In this document: piece by piece, positions 1 to 9,169 of the stretch
Position numbering within the stretch: position 1 is the first letter of the stretch
How the letters are laid out: every line of letters begins with the position of its first letter
Origin: Elusimicrobiota bacterium
GTDB taxonomy: Bacteria > Elusimicrobiota > Elusimicrobia > Elusimicrobiales > UBA9959
Length of the DNA stretch: 19,407 bases
Assembly: GCA_037137395.1 (NCBI GenBank)
Contig: JBAXKK010000049.1
Span: 1 to 19,407 of the forward strand
Reading direction: 5' to 3'
Translations under genes and position numbers: made by a program
Notes under the pieces: generated by a model
What the model was told of the DNA's origin: nothing
Databases searched by the model: none
Seen by the model: only the letters and a program-made list of their open reading frames with translations

Positions 1-50
1 CAAAAGATTTTTTTATAGATGTGGCGGGCAAAGTGGAGCTGGAGTTGTAA
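1..50 (+). CDS. 3' end of an unidentified CDS running in from the left edge (...KDFFIDVAGKVELEL*)
   Basis: Open frame from position 3 to TAA at 48-50, followed by an intergenic array. Too short to assign a product. Confidence 0.4.
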   Translation, partial: KDFFIDVAGKVELEL

Positions 51-74
51 AGTCAGGGAGGAGTTTCGGGGACA

Positions 75-213
75 GCCGTAAGCGAACTACGCCATAGGCG
101 ATAACGACTGCGATAAGCTGAAAATATGCCATAAGCTATAAGCTATAAGCCGTAGGCAGAATAGGATTGTCTTACTATTTGCGCTTCCCGTTTTACGATT
201 CACGATTGACGAT
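75..213 (+). repeat. Heptamer array R1
   Basis: gccataa gctataa gctataa gccgtag GCAGAAT aggattgtc TTACTAT ttgcgct tcccgtt ttacgat tcacgat tgacgat, directly abutting the ATG at 214. Confidence 0.9.
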
Positions 214-774
214 ATGAAAAGAATTTTTGATGTTGGTTTAGCTGTTTGTGCCCTGCTGATACTTGGGACGCCGATGCTTATTGTCGCTCTGGCGGTTAAG
301 TTGACTTCGCGGGGGCCGGTATTGTATTGGTCGGACAGGGTCGGGTTGGATAATGCTCTTTTTAGAATGCCCAAGTTCCGCACTATGCGCACGGATACTC
401 CGGCCGTGGCTACGCATCTCCTGGCTGATCCTGACAGCTTTATTACGCCGGCGGGGAAATTTCTGCGGAAATCCAGCCTGGATGAACTGCCTCAGTTGTT
501 CAGCATTCTTAAGGGGGATATGAGTTTTGTTGGACCCCGGCCGGCCCTGTTTAACCAGGAGGATCTTATACGGATGAGGACCGCTAAAGGTGTGCAGCGT
601 ATAACACCGGGGCTTACTGGTTGGGCGCAGGTGAACGGCCGTGATGAGCTGCCAATACCTGTTAAAGTTGATTTTGATGAATACTATCTAAAGAATCGTT
701 CTATAGGCTTCGATATGAAGATATTGTTTAGTACCGCTTTTCAGGCGCTGGCAGGGAAGGGCGTGAAGCATTAG
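214..774 (+). CDS. Small monotopic phosphoglycosyl transferase (Bac_transf family; initiating sugar transferase, PglC/CapM-like)
   Basis: KRIFD + hydrophobic helix, KFRTM, RKSSLDELPQL, GDMSFVGPRP and PGLTGWAQVNGR motifs. Confidence 0.92.
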   Translation: MKRIFDVGLAVCALLILGTPMLIVALAVKLTSRGPVLYWSDRVGLDNALFRMPKFRTMRTDTPAVATHLLADPDSFITPAGKFLRKSSLDELPQLFSILKGDMSFVGPRPALFNQEDLIRMRTAKGVQRITPGLTGWAQVNGRDELPIPVKVDFDEYYLKNRSIGFDMKILFSTAFQALAGKGVKH

Positions 775-794
775 AATGGATATGATGAATTTAT

Positions 795-960
795 GCCATA
801 GGCTATAAGCTTTAGGCCATAAGCGAACTATAAGCTATAGGCAGAATAGAGATTATTACTATTTACGCTTTCCGCTTTACGATTGACGCCGTTTGCTATT
901 TGCAGAATTGATTACTATTTGCGATTCACGCTTTACGATTGCCGATTCCCGATTGACGAA
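795..960 (+). repeat. Heptamer array R2 (two junction cores)
   Basis: gccatag gctataa gctttag gccataa ... GCAGAAT agagatta TTACTAT ttacgct ttccgct ttacgat ... gccgttt gctattt GCAGAAT tga TTACTAT ttgcgat tcacgct ttacgat tgccgat tcccgat tgacgaa. Confidence 0.9.
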
Positions 961-971
961 TTACACTGGGA

Positions 972-1037
972 TTGATTTGTTTGAAGAAACCTGGTATACT
1001 ATTTCTGTAAGTAATCAAAAAAGATTAATTATGGAAA
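972..1037 (+). promoter_or_regulatory. Sigma70-like promoter of AbiE pair 1 with a downstream operator-like inverted repeat
   Basis: TTGATT (972-977), 17 bp spacer, TGgTATACT (-10 at 995-1000). Imperfect IR tttctgtaagtaatc (1002-1016) / gattaattatggaaa (1023-1037), 12/15 complementary. AbiEi antitoxins are known to autorepress via promoter inverted repeats. Confidence 0.65.
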
Positions 1038-1040
1038 CAT

Positions 1041-1670
1041 ATGAAATTTCAGGAGTTTAGCGCAAAATTTAGGGATTTGCCTTTATTGCCGACAAAATTG
1101 GCGCTGGCAGGTTCAGGCACGGCTGGACTTAATCAGCTTGAGCGCTGGCGTAAGCTGGGGCTTGTTGTCCGCCTTCGGCGCGGGCTTTATATTTTTGGGG
1201 AGGGGGAGCGGAAAATTGAGCCAAGCCGCGGTTATTTGGCCGGGCAGATTTATCAGCCCTCGTATGTAAGCCTTGAGTACGCGCTTAGCCGCTACGGGCT
1301 TATCCCGGAAAGGGTTGCGGATATCACTTCCGTCACAACAAAAAAAACGGCAAGTTTTGTGAATGAATTCGGGACATTCGTGTACCAAAGTGTTAAGCCC
1401 GCGGCTTTTCGCGGTTTTACGGCGCTTAAAGACGAAGCCGGCCTGTCGTATTTTATGGCTGAGCCGGAAAAAGCCGTCGCGGATTTTGTCTACCTTAATT
1501 TGGATAAAATTAAATCCGGGGCAGCTGCGCGGACGCTGCTGGACTCTTTCCGGTTTCAAAATCTACGCACATTAAGAAAGGTCAGGCTGGCCGCTTATTT
1601 TGCCCTTTTCGGCGTTAAAAAAATGCGGGAAGCCGCGCTGGCTCTGGCGGCGCTCGCGGAGGAGAGATGA
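1041..1670 (+). CDS. AbiEi-family antitoxin / transcriptional regulator (type IV TA)
   Basis: N-terminal wHTH-like segment (LERWRKLGLVVRLRRGLYIF), SYVSLEYALSRYGLIPE and AEPEKAVAD motifs. Overlaps the downstream toxin by ATGA. Confidence 0.85.
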   Translation: MKFQEFSAKFRDLPLLPTKLALAGSGTAGLNQLERWRKLGLVVRLRRGLYIFGEGERKIEPSRGYLAGQIYQPSYVSLEYALSRYGLIPERVADITSVTTKKTASFVNEFGTFVYQSVKPAAFRGFTALKDEAGLSYFMAEPEKAVADFVYLNLDKIKSGAAARTLLDSFRFQNLRTLRKVRLAAYFALFGVKKMREAALALAALAEER

Positions 1671-2467
1671 TCGAGGCCTTAAAGCAGGAAACAGCTGCCG
1701 GAGTTTCCCCGGAGGAGAAGGGCAACAGGGCAAGAGAGTTTTTGCAGATTCTCGCGCTTAAATCCTTGTCCGACCAGGGGGCGTTTTCAAATGTGGCTTT
1801 TATCGGCGGGACCGCCCTGCGCGTTTTATATGGCGTCAGGCGTTTTTCCGAGGATTTGGATTTTTCTATTACCAATCTTAAGGGTTATGATTTTAAGGGG
1901 CTCTGCGGCGGACTTGAACGGACTTTCCGTCTGAACGGGCTTACCGTGAAGCTGGATAAGGAAAATAAGAAAACTGTTAATTCGGTTTTTTTAAGTTTTC
2001 CGGGGTTGCCTAAAGCTTTGGGATTGTCCGGTCACAAAGAAGAAAAACTCTCAATTAAAATTGAGGTTGACACAAATCCTCCGGCCGGCTGGCAAACTCA
2101 GCGCGCGATCGTTAATAAAACATATCTTTTTGATATTCTTCATTATGATCTGTCCTCAATGTTTGCCGGCAAACTGCACGCCTGCTTTTACCGAAAATTC
2201 ACCAAAGGCCGCGATATTTACGACCTTTTCTGGTATCTTGGGCGAAAGTCCCGGCCTAATCTTGTTATGCTTAATAACGCTATTGCCCAGAGCCAGGGAA
2301 AAAGCCCCGGAATTACGGAGAGAAATTTAACGGAGTTTATGCTCAATGGGATCGCGCGCGTTGACCTGTCCGCGGCTAAGAAAGACGTGGAGAAATTTTT
2401 GGAAGATAAGTCCGAACTTAAGCTGTTTAACGCTGAGCTTCTGGCCGCGGCTATTAAGTCTTTGTAA
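1667..2467 (+). CDS. AbiEii/AbiGii-family nucleotidyltransferase toxin (type IV TA)
   Basis: FIGGTALR...RRFSEDLDF polbeta-type NTase motif, KIEVD, AGKLHA...KGRDIYDL. GGAG RBS upstream. Confidence 0.9.
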   Translation: MIEALKQETAAGVSPEEKGNRAREFLQILALKSLSDQGAFSNVAFIGGTALRVLYGVRRFSEDLDFSITNLKGYDFKGLCGGLERTFRLNGLTVKLDKENKKTVNSVFLSFPGLPKALGLSGHKEEKLSIKIEVDTNPPAGWQTQRAIVNKTYLFDILHYDLSSMFAGKLHACFYRKFTKGRDIYDLFWYLGRKSRPNLVMLNNAIAQSQGKSPGITERNLTEFMLNGIARVDLSAAKKDVEKFLEDKSELKLFNAELLAAAIKSL

Positions 2468-2549
2468 TGTTTTTCGGGTTTTAAAATTATGGAGTATGGC
2501 GCTTCCAGCGATCCGGAAGCTTCTGAGGGGGACGCGGGGGAAGCGGATT

Positions 2550-2558
2550 TGGTATAAT
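2550..2558 (+). promoter_or_regulatory. Extended -10 promoter (TGgTATAAT) for the capD-like gene
   Basis: TATAAT at 2553-2558 with TG two bases upstream; 7 nt separate it from the ATG at 2566. Confidence 0.5.
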
Positions 2559-2565
2559 TAGGGGG

Positions 2566-4461
2566 ATGAAGAAGACCTTTAACAGGCATCAGCATTGGCT
2601 TGTTTTCGCCGCGGACGCCGCTGCTGTTACTGTTTCTTACTGGGTCGCTTTCCAGTTGAGATTTGACCTTAACCTTCCTGAGATACAGGCTTCCAATCTA
2701 CTCAATACATTGGCGATTGTCGTAGTTATCCGGTTGGCGTCTTTCTACTCTTTCAACCTTTACCGCGGTATCTGGCGCTATGCCAGCATAGACGACCTTG
2801 CCTCCGTCTTTAAGGCTGTTCTGGCCAGCCAGGCGGTTATCGCGGCGGTCATACTCTTCATTAACTATTCCAATTTCCCGCGCGCCGTGATAATAATAGA
2901 CCCGATACTGACCATCGTTCTGGTCGGAGGGATAAGGTTCGCGATCAGGGTTACCCGTGAGATGCGCCATAGCGGCAACACACGGGAACTGACGAAAGTG
3001 CTTATTTTCGGCGCGGGCGATCTTGGGGAAAGCCTTTTGCGGGAGATAAGGCGGGATAAAACACATCGCTACAAAGTGGCCGGCTTTATAGACGATAACC
3101 CGGATATGTGGAACCATCAGATACACGGGGCTAAAATATTCGGCGGCCGCGGCGTACTGCCCAGGATAATAAGCAAATACGCTATCGATTCTGTAGTCGT
3201 CGCCGTGTCGCATTCCCGCGGCAAGCTGATAGGCGAATTGATGGACCTTTGCCATAACAGCCAGGTGCTGAAAAAGGTTCATTTTAAAACAGTGCCCACG
3301 CTTTCCGAATCTCTGGCTAAAACTCCCGGCGCGAAGGCGGCCAAGGGCCTCAGAAATGTGGAGTTAAGCGACCTGCTGAACCGCAGGCCGGTGCAGACGG
3401 ATATGAACGAGGTTTCCCGCCTTGTGGCCGGGAAAACCGTTCTGGTGACTGGCGCCGGCGGGACAATAGGGTCGGAACTCTGCCGCCAGATAGCGGCTTT
3501 CGGGGCCAAGCGTCTGCTGCTGCTTGAAAACCATAATACCGCGCTTTTTTACATAGACAAGGAACTTTGTGAAGCGGGTTACGGCGCTGAGATAATTCCG
3601 ATTTCCGGAGATGTGAAGGACAGAGGGCTGCTGAATAATCTGTTTCGCGCCTACAAGCCGGAGCTGGTGTTTCACGCGGCAGCCCACAAGCATGTGCCGC
3701 TTATGGAGGCCAATCCCCAGGAGGCCGTGAAAAACAACGCCTTGGCCACATTTGTGCTGGCCGAGACTGCGGCCGCCCACGGGGTTGAGCGGTTCCTGTA
3801 TATCTCCACCGATAAGGCGGTGAGGCCGTCCAGCGTGATGGGCGCGACCAAGCGCCTTGGCGAGATGGCGCTTACGAGCCTCGCGGCTTCTTCGGCCACA
3901 AAATATATTGCGGTGCGGTTCGGGAATGTGCTGGGCAGTTCAGGCAGCGCTTTTAATATCTTTCGCGAACAGATAGCCGCCGGCGGCCCGGTTACCGTAA
4001 CCCACCCTGAGATCACCCGCTATTTTATGACCACGCAGGAGGCTATCCAACTTATACTGCAGGCCTGCTCCATGGGGCGCGGCGGTGAGATATTTGTGCT
4101 GAACATGGGTGAACCTGTAAAGGTCCTGCAGATGGTGCGCAATCTGATAATGCTGGGGGGCCTTGAGCCCGAAAAGGATATAGCCATCAAATTTACGGGC
4201 CTGAGACCCGGAGAAAAGATGTACGAGGAACTCTTCAGGGCGGAAGATGTGCGCAAGGATACCGGCCACCCGGATATTTTTATGGCCATTCCCGAGGGCG
4301 CGAACGCTGCTATTTCAAAAGAGCAGGTGATGGAGCTTGGTGCCCTTTGCGATCTGCCGGATAAGACGCCGCTTTTGATAAAGATCCGGGACCTTGTTCC
4401 GGCATTTAAGAGAGCGCCGGCGGATAAGAAGGCGGCGGCCGCTAACGGCGACAACGCATGA
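2566..4461 (+). CDS. capD: Membrane-anchored UDP-GlcNAc 4,6-dehydratase (CapD/WbpM/PglF family)
   Basis: Four N-terminal hydrophobic helices, IFGAGDLG CoA-binding-like domain, TGAGGTIGSELCRQ, HAAAHKHVPLME, STDKAVRPSSVMGATKR, VRFGNVLGSSGS, GLRPGEKMYEEL. Confidence 0.93.
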   Translation: MKKTFNRHQHWLVFAADAAAVTVSYWVAFQLRFDLNLPEIQASNLLNTLAIVVVIRLASFYSFNLYRGIWRYASIDDLASVFKAVLASQAVIAAVILFINYSNFPRAVIIIDPILTIVLVGGIRFAIRVTREMRHSGNTRELTKVLIFGAGDLGESLLREIRRDKTHRYKVAGFIDDNPDMWNHQIHGAKIFGGRGVLPRIISKYAIDSVVVAVSHSRGKLIGELMDLCHNSQVLKKVHFKTVPTLSESLAKTPGAKAAKGLRNVELSDLLNRRPVQTDMNEVSRLVAGKTVLVTGAGGTIGSELCRQIAAFGAKRLLLLENHNTALFYIDKELCEAGYGAEIIPISGDVKDRGLLNNLFRAYKPELVFHAAAHKHVPLMEANPQEAVKNNALATFVLAETAAAHGVERFLYISTDKAVRPSSVMGATKRLGEMALTSLAASSATKYIAVRFGNVLGSSGSAFNIFREQIAAGGPVTVTHPEITRYFMTTQEAIQLILQACSMGRGGEIFVLNMGEPVKVLQMVRNLIMLGGLEPEKDIAIKFTGLRPGEKMYEELFRAEDVRKDTGHPDIFMAIPEGANAAISKEQVMELGALCDLPDKTPLLIKIRDLVPAFKRAPADKKAAAANGDNA

Positions 4462-5351
4462 ACCCGAAACACAGGATACTTATACTCGGAGGCGGCGGGA
4501 CGCTGGGTCATAAACTCTGGCAGGTCCTGGCCAAAAAATTCCCGGACACTTTTGTTTCTATACGCAAGAGTAAAGATTTTTACGCCAAATGCACCTTGTT
4601 TTCCGGCCCCAATGTCTTTGACTCGCTTGATTTGAGTGATTTTGCCGTGCTTAACAGGGTGCTGGACGAAATAAAGCCTTCGGTGATAGTGAATTGCGCC
4701 GGAGTTACCCCGCGCGGCAAGGACGCCGCGGACAGGAATTCCAACATTTCCATTAACGCGCTTTTGCCGCACAGGCTGGCCGAGTGGTGCGCGCGCGGCG
4801 GAGCCCGGCTGATACATTTCAGCACCGTTTGCGTGTTTGCCGGGAGCAAGGGCGGCTACAGTGAAGAAGCCCGGCCGGACGCTCATGACCTGTACGGGAT
4901 AACCAAGTCCCTTGGCGACGTTACAGCGCCTTGCGCGCTGACGCTCAGGTCTTCATTTATAGGCCGCGAGATATTCGGCGGGACCGAATTGCTGGAATGG
5001 TTTTTGGGGCGGCAAGGCCAAACTGTGCAAGGTTTCCGCAAGGCGCTTTTTACCGGCCTTACCACCAACCGCCTGGCGGAACTTGTAGCCGATCTGATAG
5101 AGAACCACCCTGCCCTTAACGGACTTTATCATGTTTCAAGCGAGACGCTTTCAAAATACGAGCTGTTAAAACTAATGAACGAAGCGTATAAACTGGACGC
5201 GCGTATTGAGCCTGAAGATACTTTTGAATGCAAGCGGGATATGGACGGAAGAAGATTTGAAAAAATGACCGGTTTTATATGTCCGCCCTGGCGGCGGATG
5301 ATGTTTGAGATGGCCGCGGACACTACACCCTACGCTGAATGGAGGAAATGA
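4458..5351 (+). CDS. RmlD-like NAD(P)-dependent 4-keto-6-deoxy sugar reductase (QnlA/WbvR-like)
   Basis: ILGGGGTLG Rossmann motif, VNCAG, INALLPHRLA, YGITK catalytic YxxxK, LLEWF. At 297 aa it has no C-terminal cupin domain. Confidence 0.8.
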   Translation: MNPKHRILILGGGGTLGHKLWQVLAKKFPDTFVSIRKSKDFYAKCTLFSGPNVFDSLDLSDFAVLNRVLDEIKPSVIVNCAGVTPRGKDAADRNSNISINALLPHRLAEWCARGGARLIHFSTVCVFAGSKGGYSEEARPDAHDLYGITKSLGDVTAPCALTLRSSFIGREIFGGTELLEWFLGRQGQTVQGFRKALFTGLTTNRLAELVADLIENHPALNGLYHVSSETLSKYELLKLMNEAYKLDARIEPEDTFECKRDMDGRRFEKMTGFICPPWRRMMFEMAADTTPYAEWRK

Positions 5352-5352
5352 A

Positions 5353-6420
5353 ATGATCTTTGATAAAAAAACGGTTTTGGTGACCGGCGGCACGGGGTCG
5401 TTCGGCAAGGTTTTTGTAAAGCGGGTGCTCAGCGGCGAGCAGGGCACGCCTAAAAAGCTGATAATTCTGTCGCGCGACGAGGCCAAACAGAACGACATGC
5501 GTATTTCCTACATGAAGAAAACCGTGGCCACCGACGAGGTTATTTATAATAACTTTAAGAATGTGCTGGAGTTCCGCATAGGGGATGTGCGCAGCTACGC
5601 CGATGTCTGTTCCGCCGTGAAGGGCGCAGACATTGTTATTAACGCGGCCGCCTTAAAGCAGGTGCCGGCCTGCGAATACTTTCCCGGACAGGCCGTGCTG
5701 ACCAATTGCCTCGGGCCGGAAAATATACTGCGCGCTATAAGAGAGAACGATTATCCGGTTGAGACCGTTATCGGCATAAGCACCGACAAGGCGTGCAAGC
5801 CGGTAAATGTGATGGGGATGACCAAGGCGCTGCAGGAGCGCATATTTACATCGGCCAATGTTCTTATCCCTAAGACCAGATTCGTCTGCGTGCGCTACGG
5901 CAATGTGCTGGCCTCGCGCGGCTCGGTTATACCGCTTTTTCATGAGCAGATAAAGCATGGCGGCCCAGTTACCATAACGGTCCCCGAGATGACGCGGTTC
6001 CTGCTCAGCCTTAACCAGGCCGTGGATACGGTGTTTGCTGCTATCAAGCACGGCAAGCGGGGCGAAACCTATGTGCCGATAGCCCCGGCCTCAAAGGTCA
6101 TAGATATCGCTAAGGCCCTCATCGGCGACAGGGATATAGAGATCAAGATAACCGGTATCAGGCCGGGCGAGAAGCTGGCCGAGATAATGGTATCGGAAGA
6201 AGAGATACACCATTGTCTTAAGCGCGGGGATTACTATGTTATCGCTCCCATGCTGCCGGAGCTACAGGAGAAGGGCGTAAAGATAGACAAGGTCCTTAAC
6301 AAAGAGTACAGTTCGGACGATGATCTGATGGATTTTGAACAAACTTTGTCCCTGCTAAAAAAGCAAAAACTGCTTATCGGGGAAGATAATTACAGCGGCA
6401 CCGGGGAGTTGTTGAGATAA
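5353..6420 (+). CDS. fnlA: UDP-GlcNAc 4,6-dehydratase/epimerase (FnlA/CapE/WbjB family)
   Basis: TGGTGSFG, SRDEAKQ, AAALKQVPACEYFP, STDKACKPVNVMGMTKAL, RYGNVLASRGSVIP, TRFLLSL, GIRPGEK. Start placed at ATG 5353 behind GGAGG (5341-5345). Confidence 0.88.
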   Translation: MIFDKKTVLVTGGTGSFGKVFVKRVLSGEQGTPKKLIILSRDEAKQNDMRISYMKKTVATDEVIYNNFKNVLEFRIGDVRSYADVCSAVKGADIVINAAALKQVPACEYFPGQAVLTNCLGPENILRAIRENDYPVETVIGISTDKACKPVNVMGMTKALQERIFTSANVLIPKTRFVCVRYGNVLASRGSVIPLFHEQIKHGGPVTITVPEMTRFLLSLNQAVDTVFAAIKHGKRGETYVPIAPASKVIDIAKALIGDRDIEIKITGIRPGEKLAEIMVSEEEIHHCLKRGDYYVIAPMLPELQEKGVKIDKVLNKEYSSDDDLMDFEQTLSLLKKQKLLIGEDNYSGTGELLR

Positions 6421-6442
6421 AGGATGGGGGACATGTTAGTTA

Positions 6443-6471
6443 TTGCAGTATACTGCACTATATCGTATACT
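6443..6471 (+). promoter_or_regulatory. Sigma70-like promoter of AAA_14 gene 1 with an overlapping perfect 14-bp palindrome
   Basis: TTGCAG (6443-6448), 17 bp spacer, TATACT (6466-6471). Palindrome TGCAGTATACTGCA at 6444-6457. Confidence 0.65.
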
Positions 6472-6480
6472 TAACTCATT

Positions 6481-7776
6481 ATGTCTGACAAGGTTAAAAT
6501 CAGGGAAGTGCTGCTTGATCAGTTGGGCGATATCCCCGGCATTTTGGATAAGTGCCGCGTTGAGCGCCTTGTCGAGCCTGAACTTCGCGCCGCCCTCGCG
6601 GATAATCTTGTTAAAGTTATAAGCGGCGTGCGCCGGTGCGGGAAGTCTGTTTTGGCCCATCGCGTATTAAAAGATCTGCCGTATGGTTACGTGAATTTTG
6701 ATGACGAACGATTGGCTGATATTACAACCGCTGATTTAAACCTTGTGCTGGAAGTTCTTCTGGAACTCCGGCCGGGCCTTAAATATATCCTGCTTGACGA
6801 AATACAGAATATTGAGAAATGGGAACTATTTGTCGCCCGGCTGCAGCGCGGCGGCTACAGAGTCATAATCACCGGCAGCAACGCCCATCTGTTAAGCCGG
6901 GATTTGTCTACCCATTTAACGGGGCGACATAAAGTTTTTGAAATTTATCCCTTTTCATTTCCGGAATATCTGCGTTCCCGCGGCATAGAGGCGCCGCGCG
7001 GCAAAGCTTTGAGCACCCGTTCCCGGGCCGAAATGAGCGCAGCCTTCTCGGACTATTTTGCCGTCGGCGGGTTTCCTGAACTTCCAGCTATTGTGGATAA
7101 AAAATCATATTTACACGACCTTTACGATAAAATTCTCACGCAGGATATAGCCCTGCGGCACGGCGTAAGGCATATCAAAACCCTTAAGGATATAGCGCTT
7201 TACACCGCGAATAATTACGCCTCCAGGCTTTCTTACCAGAATATTAAAAACGCTTACGCCCTTGGGAGCATACATACTGTTAAAAATTATCTGGCCTATA
7301 TGCAGGAGGCTTACCTCTTTTTTGCCGTGGAGGCGTTCTCACATAAAACGCGGGAGCGCGTGCGCCTGCCCAGGAAGATGTACGGCATTGACACCGCTTT
7401 GCTGCGGTCAATTTCCGTTTCAGGTCAGAAAAATGAGGGGCGTCTGCTTGAAAATATGGTCTATCTGGAACTGTTGCGCAGGAAAAAACAAGTTTCGTAT
7501 TACAGCGACACTCAGCGTAAATATGAGGTGGATTTCGTATGCGTTCAAAACGCCGGGGAGCCGGTGGAACTTATACAGGTCTGCCTGGATACCAGTATGG
7601 CGGAAGTTAAGGAGCGTGAGTTAAGGGGCCTGCAAAGCGCTTTAAACGCTTTCAAGAACATTTCAGCCGGCGGGCTGACGCTTATTACGCTTGACCGCGG
7701 CGGCACTGAGCGCGTAGCCGGCCGCCAGGTAAAATGCGTGCCGGTATGGGAGTGGCTGCTGGCAGGCGGCCGGTAG
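6481..7776 (+). CDS. AAA_14 family ATPase with C-terminal DUF4143 / PD-(D/E)xK-like domain
   Basis: Walker A GVRRCGKS, YVNFDDERL, Walker B ILLDEIQ, ITGSNA, LTGR, GGFPE, and C-terminal LENMVYLEL...YEVDFV...LIQV. Confidence 0.88.
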   Translation: MSDKVKIREVLLDQLGDIPGILDKCRVERLVEPELRAALADNLVKVISGVRRCGKSVLAHRVLKDLPYGYVNFDDERLADITTADLNLVLEVLLELRPGLKYILLDEIQNIEKWELFVARLQRGGYRVIITGSNAHLLSRDLSTHLTGRHKVFEIYPFSFPEYLRSRGIEAPRGKALSTRSRAEMSAAFSDYFAVGGFPELPAIVDKKSYLHDLYDKILTQDIALRHGVRHIKTLKDIALYTANNYASRLSYQNIKNAYALGSIHTVKNYLAYMQEAYLFFAVEAFSHKTRERVRLPRKMYGIDTALLRSISVSGQKNEGRLLENMVYLELLRRKKQVSYYSDTQRKYEVDFVCVQNAGEPVELIQVCLDTSMAEVKERELRGLQSALNAFKNISAGGLTLITLDRGGTERVAGRQVKCVPVWEWLLAGGR

Positions 7777-7800
7777 CCGGAGAAAAACAGGAGAACAATT

Positions 7801-8934
7801 ATGCCTTTAAAGGTTATGACTATCGTGGGGACCAGGCCGGAGATAATTAAGCTAAGCCGGGTGATGCACGAGATAGAAAAGCATCTGAAACATGTGATAG
7901 TTCACACCGGCCAGAACTATGATTATGAGCTTAATGAAATATTTTTTAAGGAACTGGGCATCCGAAAGCCCGACTATTTTCTGGATTCCGTGGGCGATAC
8001 TCTGGCCCGGACTATCGGCAATATTATAGCCAAGGCCGACGCGGTCATGGAGAAGGAAAAACCGGACTGCGTTCTGCTTTACGGCGATACCAACAGCTGC
8101 CTTTCAGTTATGGCGGCCAAGCGCAGGAAGATCCCGGTGTTCCACATGGAGGCCGGCAACCGCTCCTTTGACCAGCGGGTTCCGGAAGAGCTGAACCGCA
8201 AGGTTGTGGACCATTTGAGCGACATAAATATGACGCTTACCGAACACGCCCGCCGCTATCTGATAAGCGAAGGCCTGCGCCCCGAGACCGTGATAAAGAC
8301 CGGCTCGCCCATGAAAGAAGTTCTGGCGCATTATATGCCGCGGATCATGAAGTCTGACGCTCTCAAGCGCCTGAAGCTCAAGGAGCGGGCTTATTTTGTG
8401 GTAAGCGCCCACCGCGAAGAGAACGTGGACAGCGCGGAAAATTTTAAAAATCTGCTGGATTCGCTGAACGCTATAGCCCATAAGTACAAGATGCCGGTGA
8501 TAGTGTCCACGCACCCGCGCACGCGCAAGCGTCTGGAAGAGCTGGATACCCGGCACCTGGACAAAAAAATAAGCTTTATGAAACCGCTGGGTTTTTTTGA
8601 CTATATTAAATTGCAGCAGAACGCTTTCTGCGTGGTTTCCGACAGCGGCACTATAACAGAGGAATCCACTATTCTTGACATCCCGGCCGTGACTATTCGC
8701 CAGGCGCATGAGCGGCCCGAGGGCATGGATGAGGGGACGCTTATTATGTGCGGGTTGAAGTCCGAGCGGGTGCTGGAATCTGTTGATATCGTGGTGAAGC
8801 AGGCCGCCGCCGGAAAGAGGCAGTTCCGCATAGTGCCGGATTACGACACCGATAATGTCTCAAAGAAAGTGCTGCGCATAATAATGAGCTACACGGATTA
8901 CATAAACCGGACAGTGTGGAGAAAGTCTTCCTGA
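7801..8934 (+). CDS. Non-hydrolysing UDP-N-acetylhexosamine 2-epimerase (FnlC/QnlB/CapG/WbjD; WecB family)
   Basis: GTRPEIIKL, HTGQNYDYELN, GDTNS, HMEAGNRSFD, PEELNR, HREENVD, SDSGTITEE, HERPEG. AGGAGA RBS at 7789-7794. Confidence 0.93.
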   Translation: MPLKVMTIVGTRPEIIKLSRVMHEIEKHLKHVIVHTGQNYDYELNEIFFKELGIRKPDYFLDSVGDTLARTIGNIIAKADAVMEKEKPDCVLLYGDTNSCLSVMAAKRRKIPVFHMEAGNRSFDQRVPEELNRKVVDHLSDINMTLTEHARRYLISEGLRPETVIKTGSPMKEVLAHYMPRIMKSDALKRLKLKERAYFVVSAHREENVDSAENFKNLLDSLNAIAHKYKMPVIVSTHPRTRKRLEELDTRHLDKKISFMKPLGFFDYIKLQQNAFCVVSDSGTITEESTILDIPAVTIRQAHERPEGMDEGTLIMCGLKSERVLESVDIVVKQAAAGKRQFRIVPDYDTDNVSKKVLRIIMSYTDYINRTVWRKSS

Positions 8935-8946
8935 AAAGGACGACTT

Positions 8947-9117
8947 GCCATTGGCGATAGGCAGAAAATATGCCATAAGCTATAGGCTTTAGGCCATAGG
9001 CAGAAAAAACTGCCATTCGCCATTCGCCGTTTGCCATTTGCAGGATTGCTGACTATTTACGCTTTACGTTTTCCGTTTTATGCTTTCCGCTTTACGATTG
9101 TCGCTTTCCGTTTCCCG
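8947..9117 (+). repeat. Heptamer array R3
   Basis: gccataa gctatag gctttag gccatag gcagaaa / gccattc gccattc gccgttt gccattt GCAGGAT tgc TGACTAT ttacgct ttacgtt ttccgtt ttatgct ttccgct ttacgat tgtcgct ttccgtt. Confidence 0.9.
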
Positions 9118-9133
9118 GCTGTAATGCTAAGTA

Positions 9134-9162
9134 TTGAAAATTAGTTGCAACTAAATTATAAT
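9134..9162 (+). promoter_or_regulatory. Near-consensus sigma70 promoter of AbiE pair 2 with a perfect 14-bp palindrome in the spacer
   Basis: TTGAAA (9134-9139), 17 bp spacer, TATAAT (9157-9162). Palindrome TTAGTTGCAACTAA at 9141-9154. ATG follows at 9170. Confidence 0.75.
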
Positions 9163-9169
9163 ACATATA

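Noticed and set aside
1113..6051. Long antisense ORFs (1113-1559, 2698-3282, 4020-4886, 5653-6051; also 8104-8709)
   Set aside because: They are shadows of well-supported + strand genes and have no recognisable motifs.
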